64,000 nucleotides of DNA, from contig LSRY02000076.1 in assembly GCA_001643675.2 (NCBI GenBank), positions 1 to 64,000 of the forward strand. Reading direction: 5' to 3'. A program made the position numbers and the translations under genes. The stretch is from Monocercomonoides exilis PA203. Its lineage: Eukaryota > Protista > Preaxostyla. Within the stretch, counting starts at the first letter, position 1, and each line of letters begins with the position of its first letter. This document shows positions 24,778 to 38,576 of the stretch, in pieces. The notes beneath the pieces are model-generated. The model worked only from the letters and a program-made list of their open reading frames with translations. It was not told the origin of the DNA and searched no databases.

Positions 24778-26018
24778 TTTTTCTTTTCTTTTTTTTTTTT
24801 TGAAAAGATCATAACCTTATTATTATTTTTTCTCACTCAATTTTCTCAAAAAAACAAATATTTCTGTTTCATGAAAGAGTGACTGTTTAAATACATTTAA
24901 AAACAATATGAAAGATTGAGACGAAGTTGATTATCGAATTGATTCTTTGATTTTTCTCCTGAAATTATGATGAGAAATATCATCAAACAACAAAAGGGAA
25001 GCTCGGAAAATTTCTCTTCTTCAAACTTATGCATCTTTTTTTAACTGAAACGAATCATTGAATCATTCACTTTCGCTCAACCCTCCCAATCTCTCATATA
25101 AAGAGCTAAGTGTGCATCGCAGTCCACACCATTCGCTTTCGTATTCTTCATTTCGTAATGAACTTCTTTCACTTCCTTTTTTCTGTCTCATTCCATATTT
25201 CCTCAAAAAATACACTTCACAGGAGCCTCAAACTGGGTACTTCGTGATTTCTTGTTTTCTGCAATTGTCTCATTCATCTTTCCAACTTTCAATTTCTTTC
25301 TCAATAATTTCCCACGTTACCTCATTTCTCAAAATGGATTTATTTTCCTTCAGCAAAACTATCTTATTAATTGTTGTTTCGTTCAACTAAACTTTTAAAA
25401 ACAGTTCAAAAATATCGTAAATAGTTATTCAGATTTACAGAACAAGTAATGAAGCCAGAGTTGATACATTATTTCATTGATAAAAGTCGCTTTCTCTGAT
25501 GAAGTTCCACAAATCCAATTTTTTTTCTCATTCCATCCATTTTCAAAGTTGTCAGTTGCTGATTCGCCAATCATTTTTACCAACATTCTTTTAACCTCAC
25601 AATGCAACAACTTCAAATTCTTCTGAAAAAAGTGAGATTCAAAATTTCTCTTCAAGTTCATCAAGTTTCGTTCAAAGCATTGTTTTGCCAATAAAAATCA
25701 CAGATTAAATGCACGACAGATGTTTTTTTTTTCATTGAAGGATGCTGTGGAATTCAGTTATTCACGAAGAATAAACTCCAAGAAAGCCGAAAAACTCTGA
25801 CTCACAAAATTCACAGAATTATAAATTTTGGAGAATATGTTTGCTTTTCCTTCCCAAAAGTTATCTCAAATGTTTTCAAATCATTGTAACAAAAGTTCTT
25901 GTTTCCGTGAAAAAGCTCATCTACTGTTTTATTGCGAAGCATTTCTTTATAATTCGTGTAAATAATTATTTTATTAAAGGATGAATGAAGTGAAAATAAA
26001 ATAAAAAAAAAAAATAAA

Positions 26019-26060
<42 letters not shown>

Positions 26061-26240
26061 TGATTCACAACAAACAAAATATTCATCCATATTTCCAATA
26101 TAATAATTAACGTTTTTCAATGAAAAAAAATATCACAAAAACAAAAAGAGTATTATTGTTCCTATTATAATCAAATATGTGTTGCTTTTCAACTTCCAAT
26201 GGAAATGAAAAGATCAATGAAAATGAAAAATTAATCTTTT

Positions 26241-27262
26241 TTGATGAACATTTTAAAAATTGTTGTTTTTTCATTGTACACTTTACGATGGATGTCAACG
26301 GACAATTATGACCTTTCTAATATATTTGTATCAGCTCGTAAGGCAAGAGTCAGTAAACTTCATTCACCTTTAACACTTCAGCCGAGACAAACTACTGAAC
26401 TTGATATTTCTCAACGAGGACTTGTTGAATCATTACATTTATCAGCTAAATCTGTTTTAGATAATTGTCAAACTATTCAAAGTTTCCCGCCAAAGTCAAC
26501 GAACGTTCCACTTTTGGTTTTTGTCACTCCATGGAATAAAGAGGGATACGCGACAGCAGTCAGAAATAAAGGAAAAATAGATATCATTGTGCCTGTATGG
26601 TATAACTTAAGGTTTGACTCCACACTGCACATGTATTTTTAGAATGTTGAAAATTTAAAATTTTGTATTTAGATTTGGTTCAAATCTTAAACTGACTGGA
26701 GAGAAAAATGTGGACAAGAATTTTATTAATCAAGTGAAGGCCGATGACGATCCATTCGGAAGAACTCCGCCAAAGATAGTTCCACGAATTTATTTTGAAG
26801 GATGGACTCGGAGAGATTTTTTAGAATTTCTTGGCTCGAGCTCAATGATAAATCAATTAGCAAACATGCTTATTGAAGAATGTCAGTATGCCTCAATTGA
26901 TAACTTATCAGTACATTTCTTTCTTTCTTTTTTTGATGCATTTATGTCGCTTTGTTGTTTCAAATAATAATGCTAAAATGATTATTATCAATGATTGCAA
27001 AGAAAATTCGGATTTAGCGGGATATTTCTTGACTACGGATCTCTGGCTTATGAATCTTGGGATCCACAACAGCAGGAAGAGGCCGTCATGACTATTATTC
27101 GCCTAAAGGAGTTTTATCGAAAATTAAGTCCACCAATTCATTTAAGTGGATTTATGCTTTATGCATCAGTGGCGGTTTGTTAACCGCAAAGCCAAACATT
27201 CGAAAATTAATGAAATATTAAATCTTTCATTTTTTCATAACCAATTTCTTTCTTTCTTTCTT

Positions 27263-27295
<33 letters not shown>

Positions 27296-27387
27296 ATTCT
27301 TCTTCTTCTTCTTCTTTTTATTTTTACATAATCTGCATCTTTCATTTTTTAGAAATATTTTAAATGCATTAAAATCTATTTTTCAAT

Positions 27388-27418
<31 letters not shown>

Positions 27419-28412
27419 TTTTATTGTTCCTTTTAATTGATGAACAACTTCAGCCAAATAGCGTCTTTGGGCAGCGACTTCCCATGATGCACTCGATGAC
27501 GATGCAGCGGGCAATGACAATGCAGATTGAAGGAGATGTTTCTGACATTCGTTTCCATCAAGATGATGAGGAAAATGAAAGGCTACAGGAGAAGATGAGG
27601 AAGGAGCTGGAAGAAGTCAGCTTCGAAAATGACGAGAAAAAGAAAAAGCACGGAAGCAAGAAGGTGAAAGGGAAAATTCTCGAGCCTCAGCTTGTTGATG
27701 GCGTTGTTATATCAACACTCAACTATTCACAAAGCCAGTTTGATGAAAATTCTTTGATTTTCAAGCATTGCTGAATTTTCATATAATCACTTAAATTCAT
27801 TTATTATTTGCATTTTTTTGGTATTTTTCAATATTTTTTTAAAGGAGTCTTGAGCCAAATGCTCCGTTGGATTGGCAGATGGCCAACTTCTATTCATTTC
27901 GCTATCTTCCCGCGGAAAACGATATCCAGACAATTGGATTGGGACAAGTTCGTATGCCCCATTCAGAGGAGACGTTTCTTTGCATCCCCTTTTATGGATT
28001 TGAGTATGTTGGAGGCAAGCTGGTTGGGGCAGTCACGAACACGAGGTACATTGATGTGCTGAGGAACTACAAGACACAGTTTATGTGGGATGAGGGGTCG
28101 AAGGAGCATATTGTGAAATTCTCAGACGAACAAGGAAAAGACCACACGATAATGTATCCATCGATAATGGTTTGTGAAATATCTTACGATGCAATTGTTT
28201 ATTATTATTATTTCTTTTTTCTTTAATTATTTGCTTTTATTTTTTAACAAATATAAATCCTAAATCTAATGGATTGACTTTGGGTGAATGAAAAATACCT
28301 TCGCTCCTTTCAGTCGATCAGAAGGAGAGCAGAGGAAATGGCGAAGTTCGGAGCAGGAATTGGCGTTTGGGAGCTGGGAACTGGATTGGACTATTTCATG
28401 GATGCTTTGTGA
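26241..28412 (+). CDS. CHID1: Chitinase domain-containing protein 1 (GH18, SI-CLP-like), multi-exon, start uncertain
   Basis: VFVTPWNKEGY, IVPVWY, KIVPRIYFEGW, PNAPLDW, WDEGSKEH, YPS and GIGVWELGTGLDYFMDAL*. Confidence 0.88.
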
Positions 28413-28943
28413 TTTCTGTTTCATGATAAGCATTTTTTTTTAATGTTTTGTATTTAAAAATTTATGTTTCGTTTGATACAATAATTGCGTTTAAACAAAT
28501 GTGTGAAGAGTTTTTATCGATAACGTGTGACTGGCTTGGTAATGGAGCGAATTTGAAGAGATGATAATTCATTTCAGATGAGAGGAAGAGGATGCTTCCA
28601 TTCCATTGAAACAATTATGAGCAGAAAGGATTGAATGATTTATTTATTTATCTGATAAGCTAAATTGAAAATTTCGCTTATTTACAAAAGCATGGTACAG
28701 ATGAAAATGGAATTTGAAATTTCAATTTAAAAATTCATTCAGTTAGTTCGAATAAAACAAAACTTTATTTGCTTTCTAAAATTCTTTTTGAATATTTTCC
28801 AATTTTGTAAAAAAGAATCCTTTTTATGGTTTGAGTTTGCGTAAATAACAAATAGTTTAAGAATCAGATGATATTATTCTTTCCGAATTGGGTTTGAAAA
28901 AAGTGGAATTGAATTATCTTTAACAATTGTGAGAACGATGAAT

Positions 28944-28982
<39 letters not shown>

Positions 28983-29067
28983 GATAAAAGAAGAACAAGT
29001 GTTTTGCTAAAATCTTATGAAGTGGAAAGATGAAAAAACGAGATAAATAAAAAAAGTCAATGACTCT

Positions 29068-30546
29068 TCAATAAACAAAATAATCATCAATGAATGGAAC
29101 CAAATAATAGAAAAAGTGTTGCCTTATAATCTTGCAGCAGCTGAATCCTATGATAAAATCTTCATATCCTCCTTCTTCCATCTTTTCAAGCACTTTTCTT
29201 TTCAACTCTTTTCTTTTCGCTGTATCGCTTTCCATTTTACTTTCGCTATTCAACCTTTCGCAAAGTCTTTTGAAAAAATCCAAATAATTCGAAGTTTGTT
29301 CATCGATCACATGCAATTGTGTAACCTCCTCTAAAACAGAACCAACAGCTTCACTTTCCAACAAATCATCAATTTTCAAAGCTCTGTTTGTTGCAAAACT
29401 TCTCAACAAACAAATGAACTGATAGCTAATTCCTCTGCAATTATCCTTCGCTGCTCGATATATCTGAACAATGCTATTAAATAGCCCAACATATTCTTCA
29501 TTCCACAATTGACAACATGAAAAATAAATCTCAAGTGTTTTGATCCATCTTCTGATTATCAGCACTTCATTCGCTTCTTCTTTGTCCATTTCCTCTTCTT
29601 TCTTCTTCCAATCCATATTTCTTGTCTGCTCTTCCAGTTCTCTTGTTGCTTCTCTTGCAAAATGCAGTTCATTCGAAATCACTTTTTCCAAGCTTTTGTC
29701 AAAATATAATCTGCATATCAAAAACTCCCAAGCAGACTGATAAGCAAGTCGCATCAAGTTGCGATGCTCCTGATGATACTTGATGATTTCTTTGATCTCG
29801 TTCAGATACAGTTCTTTGCCCAATTCCTTATCAAAAACAAGAAAAATATCAAGAATTTCAAAAATAAAATAGAAATATTCACACATAATGTTCAACATTG
29901 CTCAATGCAAGCAAAGACATTTCCACATCTTTTTGTGCTTCTTTGCTTTCATCTTTATTCAACGCAACTTTCAGAAGGCAAGGCACGCAAATTGATAAAA
30001 ATTTTGAAGAAAACCAGCCGCTTAGCAAAAGATGACATTCACAAAGATCTGCCAGTAACTTTTCGTTCTTTTCCTCTTTTTTCTTAAGATCTTCCTCAAC
30101 GATCATCTTTTCCAACACTATGTACAACGAAGATCTTTCAAAATCAAAAATCAAAATTCCTTTCAATGCTTTGTAACATCCAACGCTCTTCAGTAACACG
30201 AGTGAGCTTTCCATAGAAAGTTTCCTTTCTTCAATCATTTCGTACATTTTATCATACAGTTCTGTCTTGAAAACTGATTCAAATTCTTTCTTATTCATTC
30301 CATCAACTATTTCATTCATTTTTCCGATTTTCTTTCTCTGCTCATCTTCATTGCAATCTTCCAATCCAGAAAACAATTCTGTAAATAAATAAAGAATAAA
30401 TTAAATCACAATAATCATGAATTCAAATTCAGCAATGAGCACAAACCATTAAACCTTTTGATTCTACTCGTTGTCTGCATTTTTGAAAATATACTGCGAA
30501 CAGAAAACAACGATAATTCGTCATTTGATTTGAATTCAGATATCAT
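29068..30546 (-). CDS. Member of an expanded lineage-specific helical hypothetical protein family (3 exons)
   Basis: Shares VPCLLKVAL, EMSLLALS and YHQEHRNLMRLAYQSAW-type motifs and intron positions with 58017-59483. Confidence 0.8.
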
Positions 30547-33180
30547 TGGAAAGAAGAAATCGGTGCAAAATATTAACTCAAAATAATTATGAAAATATAA
30601 GTTGTTATACCATTCTGCGTTGTTAGTGATATTTGGCAAGTCGTTTCAAACAAACAAAGAAAGAAAAAACGATAAATCTTTTTTCGTGTTTGCAGTAATG
30701 GATATTCAGATCATCAGATTTGAAAGAATAAAAATATTCCTTGCTAAAAAATGAGAGATGGAGAACAAATATTTTCTGCGGAATGAGCGATATTATTTTG
30801 AGAGGTTGCACGAGACAGCAACGCGAGGCATCCGCGATGGAATTGGGCAAGATTATTTTATGAAAAGCATCATTGAAGGAGATTCATTTTCCAAAATAAT
30901 AAATGAAAAGTTTGATGTTTACATTTTTTTATTATTCTTGTTCATTTTTAAAGATGTTTCCATCAGTGGCCTTCTCAGAGTGCAAGAATCTGATAAATTA
31001 TATAAATGGCCATTCCTTTGTTTTTCTGAGCAGAGCATCAGAAGAGGCTGGATGACAAGAGATAACTATCAGATGGGAATTGCATATTTTTTTGTTTTCA
31101 TTTGGAACAGTGGCAGAAAACAAATATGATTTCAAAGCATTAGGATGAGAGGAAAAAAAAAGAAGAATGTCAACATTTGGACAGCACTTGGAAAGAAAAA
31201 ATGCTGATATATTATTAGATGAGGAAAGTGGATGACAACATAGAAAGCAGGATATTAATGTTTGAATAAAGGATTATGGAGAAAGGAGCACAGGGAAACA
31301 ATGGAAAAGGAGAATGGCAGCATCAGTGATTGGACAATCTTCTGCTTTTGCAATAGGGAGGGTGTATGTGTTCTTTTGAGGAATTTTTATAATCAATGCA
31401 AAACTAATTATTTTTATGTATTTTTTAAATCATTTTTCTATTTCATCCAACAGCATTTTTTATGTTGAGCGTCATTTTCAGGAACAATCCATTTCAAGTA
31501 GAATTTTTGAAGAAAACACATTTTCTTCTCCTTCTCCTTCGATCTCTTCATTTACGAGATTTTTTTAAAATTTGGCTGATGGAAAGAACACCTTCGTATG
31601 TGAGAATTTGATGTTTGAATAGCCTTAAAATAATCATATTTCAACATGGAATGGATCTGCCTTCTATTGTTGCTGCTTATTATGAAATTCGAATCCATCC
31701 AATGTTTCTTCATTTCCTTCAGATGGGTCTTGCCCGTCTTTGCCACTCAGCTCGTACAAAGAGCACCCTCAAACTCGTTTTCTTTCCATTTCTCATTCTT
31801 CTTCTTCCTCCTCTCCTCTTCCTTCTTCTTCTTCTTCTCCTCTTTCATCATAATCATCATCTTCCTCATCTTCAGCTTCAACATATTATTCTTCATTGTT
31901 GTCATTTTATTATTTTTTGCCAATATCTTCATTAGATTCCAATTCCATCGTATTTTTTGCACAGATAATTCAGCGTCATTTTCAATTTTTTGAAGAGAAA
32001 GAAGAGGCAGCCACACAAAAACAGGCAATTTACATGCAGATGTCCATCTTCATTGGTTTCTATCTTTCTATCTGTTACAAGTTTAGTGATTAGGATTGTC
32101 TGTTCATTATCCGTTCAACTTGTTAAAATTGATATTATTTGTTGTTTAATGGACAATAACGTATTAAGCCTTCCTGATCTTGTGAAAATATCATTTGATA
32201 ATTCATAGATTTCTTTATCACCTCATTTATACTTCTTTTTTTGCTTCTTCAACTTCTTTTTCATCTTTTTCGTCTTCGTCTTCGTCTTCAACTTCTTCTT
32301 CTTTGATATTTCTTCTCACGCTGTGTTGTATCGAGGCATCAACCTTCTGATGCATTCATTCATACCAATCGGCAGAGCCACCAATTTGAACCGAATGTTT
32401 TTTTATTCACATTTCTTCCTCTCGGTGTCCATTCACCAAATACGCCTTCATTTCATTTTTCATTCACTATTCTGATGATGAAAAAAAAGCCATCTGGACG
32501 AATTCATTTCATTTCATTCAAATCGTATTCTTCTTCATCGACTTCTTCGATAATCTTCAAAAATCATGTTGATTTTTCATTTCATTCAACTCCTCTCGAA
32601 TTTAGTGCCAGGCACCGTCTTTCATTTCCATTCAGAAAGATAAAAGGAATATTTATTCTCAGATGGAACATCAGCTGAAATTATGTGAAAATGGAGTGAT
32701 TCTGATTTTATCCGAGAAAAGAGGTGCAGCAAACGTACAATCAACAGAAAACCGATTCAGACTTTTTCATTTGGAAACTGAAGCATGTGCCGAAAACAGA
32801 AAGAACACTGAAGCAATGCTTTCAAGGAATAAATGATCGAAGTGATGGCCTTCTTCAGATAACTCAACAGGTCACAGAAGATGAAATGAGGAGAATAACA
32901 GAATTCATTGAAAATTCATATTTGAAGGGAATTTCTTCGAAGCAGGAGTATCTGCACAACAGACAAGTTGAAAGGGAAAAATTGAATAAATGGAAAATTT
33001 TGAAAAAGCTTGATATGAATGAAGAAATTCCTTTTATAAGAAAGGAAAACGGATTATTCCTGAAGCAATGAGTTTTATTTTCTTTCGATGAAAATGAGAA
33101 ATTTGATGAAGAAATTTCGAAGAAATATTTTTATCTGGACTGATTTAAGGCTCTATGATAAACTGGAGATGATATATGCT

Positions 33181-34578
33181 TCAGTTGAAAAAGCTATGAA
33201 AGTTCATGAATTTTTCTGACATGGAAAATGGAAGAAATTCTGATGAAATCAGAAAAAATTCGTCATTTCCAGTTATTTTTGTATCAACTGCGCCGAAAGT
33301 GAGTGTATGAGTGGGAACAAATGTTGATGTGAGGAGGGTGAGAGAGGCGTCTTGGAGGAGGGAAATGAAGCCGTTGAGGGCATACTCGATGGTGGCACAT
33401 GGGGTCTGTTGGGGTCTGCCACAGGCATCAGAATCAGTTCCGCTGTTAGAAACGATTTTGTTCTGGGCGATGAGTGGGAGCCAGCCATTGTACGCATCGC
33501 TATCAGCTGTATTGCTGTTCCAGACTCTTTTTGTTGGAGTTGTTGATCCACAATTCTCGAATGGAAATTGGGTGATACTACTTCCACTGAAGAACACATC
33601 GTTTCCTCTGCCATTTGTTGCGGAATTACCATCGAAGAAGCAGAATGTGATGAATTTTGCTTCACTCATCCAAGTGAAGGTGTTCGTGCAACACAACGCA
33701 GCACCACCATAGGAAGTTGGATTTTCAACTTTATTGTTTATGAATTGGCAATCGTTGACTAAGAATTGATTTGGCTTTGTTCCTGGAGGGTAATGAAATG
33801 TTAGAGAACCCGCAGAATCGTTACCAGAATTTGAGATGCACTTGCATTTGGTGAACAGGAATTGGCAAGATGAAGTCATATCATTGAGCCAAAAGTACCA
33901 TCCAGTTCCACACCAATCTGTTATTGAGCAACTTTCCACTCTGTTATCTGAGAATGTCCAAACAGAATTAGGTTGATTGCAATACAAATAAGCAGCTCCT
34001 GCATGAGCAACTGAACAGCTTGTGAAATTGGATTTTGCGATATCATCTTTTAACAAATAATTACAATTTAACGCTCCTCCATGATTTGTTGTTGAGCATT
34101 TGTTGAAAGAACAAGATATGATTGTGAGATTGGCATTTGCGCGGTTAGCATAAAGCGCTCCTCCATCACTTGATCCACCAGTTGAATCATTCCATTCGCA
34201 CCATTCAAATTTATGGCTGTTAGCATCAAAGGAATCCAGTCTTCCAGGTTTCACTCTTTGAGATTCTGTTCCAACATGCACAACAGCAGCATTTGATGAA
34301 GATCGTGTTTGGCTGAGAAAAGAGTTGTTGAAGGCAGAGAGAGAAGTGAATGGGTTGTTGAGGTTGGGGAGAATGGCAACATCGATGGGGTTGTGAATGA
34401 ATTGGACGAGAGAAAATACAGCAGAAGTGATGGAGATTAGATGGGAAATAAGAAGAAGAAAGGAATACACGTTAATAATCAAGCGTGCTTCATTAAATGC
34501 ACTTTTGCATTTATTTTTGCATTGGTAAATGAAATAGTTCAGAGCATTTATCTTTTTCTCATAACTTTTCTCATCCAA
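33181..34578 (-). CDS. Surface-protein family member with GGA/FxxN beta-helix-type repeats, apparently 3'-truncated
   Basis: 465-aa ORF with hydrophobic N-terminal segment, DGGAL/HGGAL/YGGA motifs and CGRPQQTPCATIEYAL. Similarity to the paralog ends at KITGN (~33270). Confidence 0.7.
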   Translation of the reverse strand: MDEKSYEKKINALNYFIYQCKNKCKSAFNEARLIINVYSFLLLISHLISITSAVFSLVQFIHNPIDVAILPNLNNPFTSLSAFNNSFLSQTRSSSNAAVVHVGTESQRVKPGRLDSFDANSHKFEWCEWNDSTGGSSDGGALYANRANANLTIISCSFNKCSTTNHGGALNCNYLLKDDIAKSNFTSCSVAHAGAAYLYCNQPNSVWTFSDNRVESCSITDWCGTGWYFWLNDMTSSCQFLFTKCKCISNSGNDSAGSLTFHYPPGTKPNQFLVNDCQFINNKVENPTSYGGAALCCTNTFTWMSEAKFITFCFFDGNSATNGRGNDVFFSGSSITQFPFENCGSTTPTKRVWNSNTADSDAYNGWLPLIAQNKIVSNSGTDSDACGRPQQTPCATIEYALNGFISLLQDASLTLLTSTFVPTHTLTFGAVDTKITGNDEFFLISSEFLPFSMSEKFMNFHSFFN

Positions 34579-35160
34579 ATAAAAATCTAATCACCTATGT
34601 TATTTTCAATAAAACATAAAAATATTTACGAAACAAACATTCAACTCAAAAATTTGAAAAAAATTTTTTTCTTATAAGTTCGATTTGATGTTATTTTGTT
34701 ACGATTCCATTTAAATACAAAAAGAACAAAACTCTGGAAAAAACTACACTTTAAACACTCAAAAAAGCAACATCAAAAGCTTCAATTTGAAATATTGAAA
34801 GAAGAAGAAGAAAACCAGGTTTAAAGGATGAATTTCTGCGTTTCTTAGAATAAACCAGCTTCATTTGAAATAAATCCACTTTATTTGAATAAAACGGGTT
34901 TATTTGAATTGAAGAAGTTTATTCAAATTTCATCAAATGATCAGATAAATGAAAGAAAATGAATCACAGAATATCTGAATTAAACGAAACATATGTTAAA
35001 AAAAGAAGTTAAACTAATCTCGAATATTATTTCCAAATGATCATTTGGAACTGAAATACTCAAAACAAAAACACAAAAATGAATTTGAATTTAACAAAAT
35101 CAAAAAAGTTTTAACTAATTTCAAAGTTCTTTAAAATAAAGAACAAATGAAGAGTGCCCT

Positions 35161-35943
35161 TTAAAATATTGTGCAGCAACCACTCTCCTTTGTTTCTTTT
35201 GGATAATATTTTTGAATAGCTAAGCGAGCAGCTGTTTCAAATACTTCTGATAGATTTTTCTGTGTTTTTGCAGAGCATTCAACATACGCTGAAAAGCCCA
35301 AACGTTTAACCATTTGCTCAGCCTGAATTATGAATAAGAAAAAGATAGTTCACGAAAAATTAAGAAAGAAAGCAAACATCTTCCTTTGGAACCAACTTCA
35401 CGAACTCGGGAGGCGATTCTCGCAAATCTGCCTTTGTTCCCACTAGAACAATCGGAACTCCTTCAATATAATCTTTTATTTCAGGAATCCACTGAATTTA
35501 CAATCAGAAAAAAATAATTTTATTTTAACAAATAAGAAAAATTTTAACCTTCTCTTCAACGTTTTGAAAAGAAACTGGATCAGAAATTGAAAAGCAAATA
35601 AGAAACACTTCAGTATCTGGGTAGCTGATATATCTCGATCTTTTGAAATCTTCATGCGCTGCAGTATTCCAAAGTTGAAGATGGATTGTCTTTCCATCAA
35701 CAACTTGTATTGATTCAAAATTATCAAAAAGAGTTGGTATATAGCCATCTGTAAATTTATTTTGCGTGTAAGATGCAAGCATGCTAAACTTTCCAACATC
35801 ATTATCTCCAATGGCAACACATTTAACATCCTGCAAAATAAAAGCAGAAAGTTTGTCAATTTTATAAAATTCAGCAGTAATTTCGAATGATTATTATAAA
35901 ATAAACATGATTGTTTTGCTCATCAAACTATTACAGAAGACAT
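35161..35943 (-). CDS. Divergent Rho/Rac-family small GTPase (4 exons)
   Basis: MSS|[55 protein letters not shown]-terminal CaaX GCCTIF*. Confidence 0.9.
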
Positions 35944-35965
35944 ATTATAGTCGTCAGAACCAATA

Positions 35966-37292
35966 CAGTCTGTCCGTAATTAATGTTGATCTGTCCGAAA
36001 ATAATGTTGATCATACCATCAACAGTATTAAAATCGCACACCCAATATTGAATGATGCGAGAATTGTTGCTCAATTCTAAGTTACTCATGCGTTTTTTGA
36101 AATGTTGATTGTGTTCTTATATTATCAAGAAATGGATTAGGAAAGGTTTCAAATTGTTATTCATTTCATTTCATTACATTTATCAATAAATTTAATTTGT
36201 GATTATATTTCTTTTTTTATATCTTACAGACAAAGCAGAATTAGTGAAATATCGAAAGAGAACAAATGAGAAGTTGACAAAGCAAGCGTTTATCACAAAA
36301 TTAAAGTCAAGTATTTTGAAAAATGAGAAAATGTGTTAACGAATTTTCACACAATAAATGCTTCAATATATTCATGAAGTCGCAATTTCCTGAAGTTTGT
36401 TTCAGATGCGTTGTTTTTTATCTTTCATATTCATCTTTTTTGAATGGAAAATCAATTGGAAAGGGGGTGAAAATAGAACTTTTTCATTTGATTATCATAA
36501 AACACTATAAGGAAGTTTTTAATTTGAGTTGAGCAAAACACAAATCACGCATTTGATGATATTCCATTTGAATGTTTTTTTCATCAGTTTTTTGTGATAA
36601 TAGTTATATTTGATTGAAACTTTTTTTCAATTTCTTTTTGTTACTTTGTAATTAATTTTTCAAGTATTTTATCGTGTTGTTTATGTTTACGTATTGCATT
36701 TAAATTCGTTAAACAATGTTTGACATTTTCAGGATTTGATTTTTATAAAGCTTTTATTTCATGTTTCATTTTTTGTTGAAAAGCTTTAAAGAGAAGATTT
36801 AAACGATAATGAACAAATAATTAATTGTGTTATCATTTTCTGATGCAATAATTTTGGTCATAGTAGTTTGAAATGAATTCAATGAAAACAAAATTCAAAT
36901 AAAAAATCATGAAAGATTTTTTTTTTCAAAAAATAGGATATTCATAAAAACTAAACAATTGAAGTTGTCGGAATCAAAATTTAATTCGTGAAACGAATTC
37001 AGATTCACGAGCTCTTTCTAGTTAGATTGATAACGAGATAGATTGATAATTACCAAATATTCTGTAAAAGAACAATATAACCTTTAAATAAACAATATGA
37101 AAACAAAAAACAAACAATGTAAATCACACCTATACTGAAAAAAAAGTTATCACTCCATCATCCACTTGAGTTCAAAAATTCTTATTTATCCAAAATCATA
37201 TAAATTAAAAATATGGCTTATCATTTGAATTAATAAGCATGGTATGATCAACATTATTTTCGGACAGATCAACATTAATTACGGACAGACTG
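35966..37292. mobile_element. Non-autonomous Tc1/mariner-type element, 1327 bp, TA TSD
   Basis: Perfect 54-bp TIRs starting CAGTCTGTCCGTAATTAATGTTGATC with an internal 21-bp direct repeat. TA on both sides; no long ORF. Confidence 0.92.
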
Positions 37293-38576
37293 TAATATAA
37301 AAATTTCAATTTTCTATCGATCAGAGAGGAAATCAATTATGGGATAATATGATCTGTCAATCTTTTCTTGTGCGAAACAAAAATTTTTTGTTTCTCCAAT
37401 AACTTTGTGAATCTTTCAAATAAGCCTTTGCTACATGAGATTTTTTTGATTTATGTGTTGGTCGAAGATGTTGGACAATGTCGAGATCGCATTTTTACGA
37501 ATTCTCACTGCATTCGGAAATTTTGGTGCATTTGAGGTTTATGCACAAGATATGAACGATAACAAAATTTGGCATATGTTGTAGCTACGATAATAACATA
37601 AAGTGCTCATAAGTTTTTTTCTACCTGTTGTGTGCGGAAACTGTGAAATATGTTATTTTCAATTTTCTTGAAAATTCAAAATCCTGTTCAATTTTAAATG
37701 AAATAAATGAGTTTTTTTAAGGGTTTGTATTTGTTCGCTTTTTTAATCACAGTTTTAATGTTAGGGTTTTATCCATGATCAACTTGAAAGGGTTTAATTC
37801 TGTTGCATAAATTACTCAATTTTTTTAATTATAAAAATTACTTAACATTGATCAAAAAATGCTCTATTTAAATTGGTGACAAGTTAAATTGAACATGTTC
37901 AAAGCATATTTGAGTGCATTCTAGTCGAATTTAAAATATTAATCTGTTTATTTTGTTTATTGTTGAATATAATTGATGTTAAAAATCTTTGATCAAGACC
38001 AATCTAGAGGGAAATAATAATTAGATTCATTCCAAAATAAAAGTTTCAACACAAAAGAAAGACAGAATAACATTATGAAACAGTTAACAATAACGTTATT
38101 ATCATAAACACAAATTTTAATTAATTGTCGTACATAGCGCAATTGCCCTCGGTCTTTTATTTTTTTGAGTAGAACATATATGTCTTCCATGCTGAGCTTG
38201 CAAGTCATTGAATGGAAAGAATATTTTCTCATCTGTTGTTAGCTGTATCTGGTGCGTATTCGTTTGGTTTGTTTCCTTTACTCTTTCAATTATCAAATTA
38301 TAAGAAATTGAGCTTTCACTTTCATTAATGCATAATAATTATTGAAATTCAGTCTTTATTCTAGTGTATTTGATGTGAACAACAAAAATAAGATAAAAAA
38401 TTTCATGATTCAAGGCAAATACTAAAATGATGCTTTTTTTATGCTGAAACAGTATGAAATGAGTGAAAGTGTGAAAAAAAAATTGAAATGAGTTTTATTC
38501 ACAAAAGATAAAATAGACAATAGAATGGGAAAATTACAAAAAGCTAAAGAAAGTGACATGATTCAATATAACTCTT

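Noticed and set aside
24960-25700. Tyrosine recombinase (DIRS-like) remnant on the minus strand
   Set aside because: Only a vague GLRCTLSSL..GGLS resemblance amid many stops; needs an HMM search.
30760-33180. Coding-like fragments between the host genes
   Set aside because: Short, stop-ridden and low complexity; no family could be assigned.
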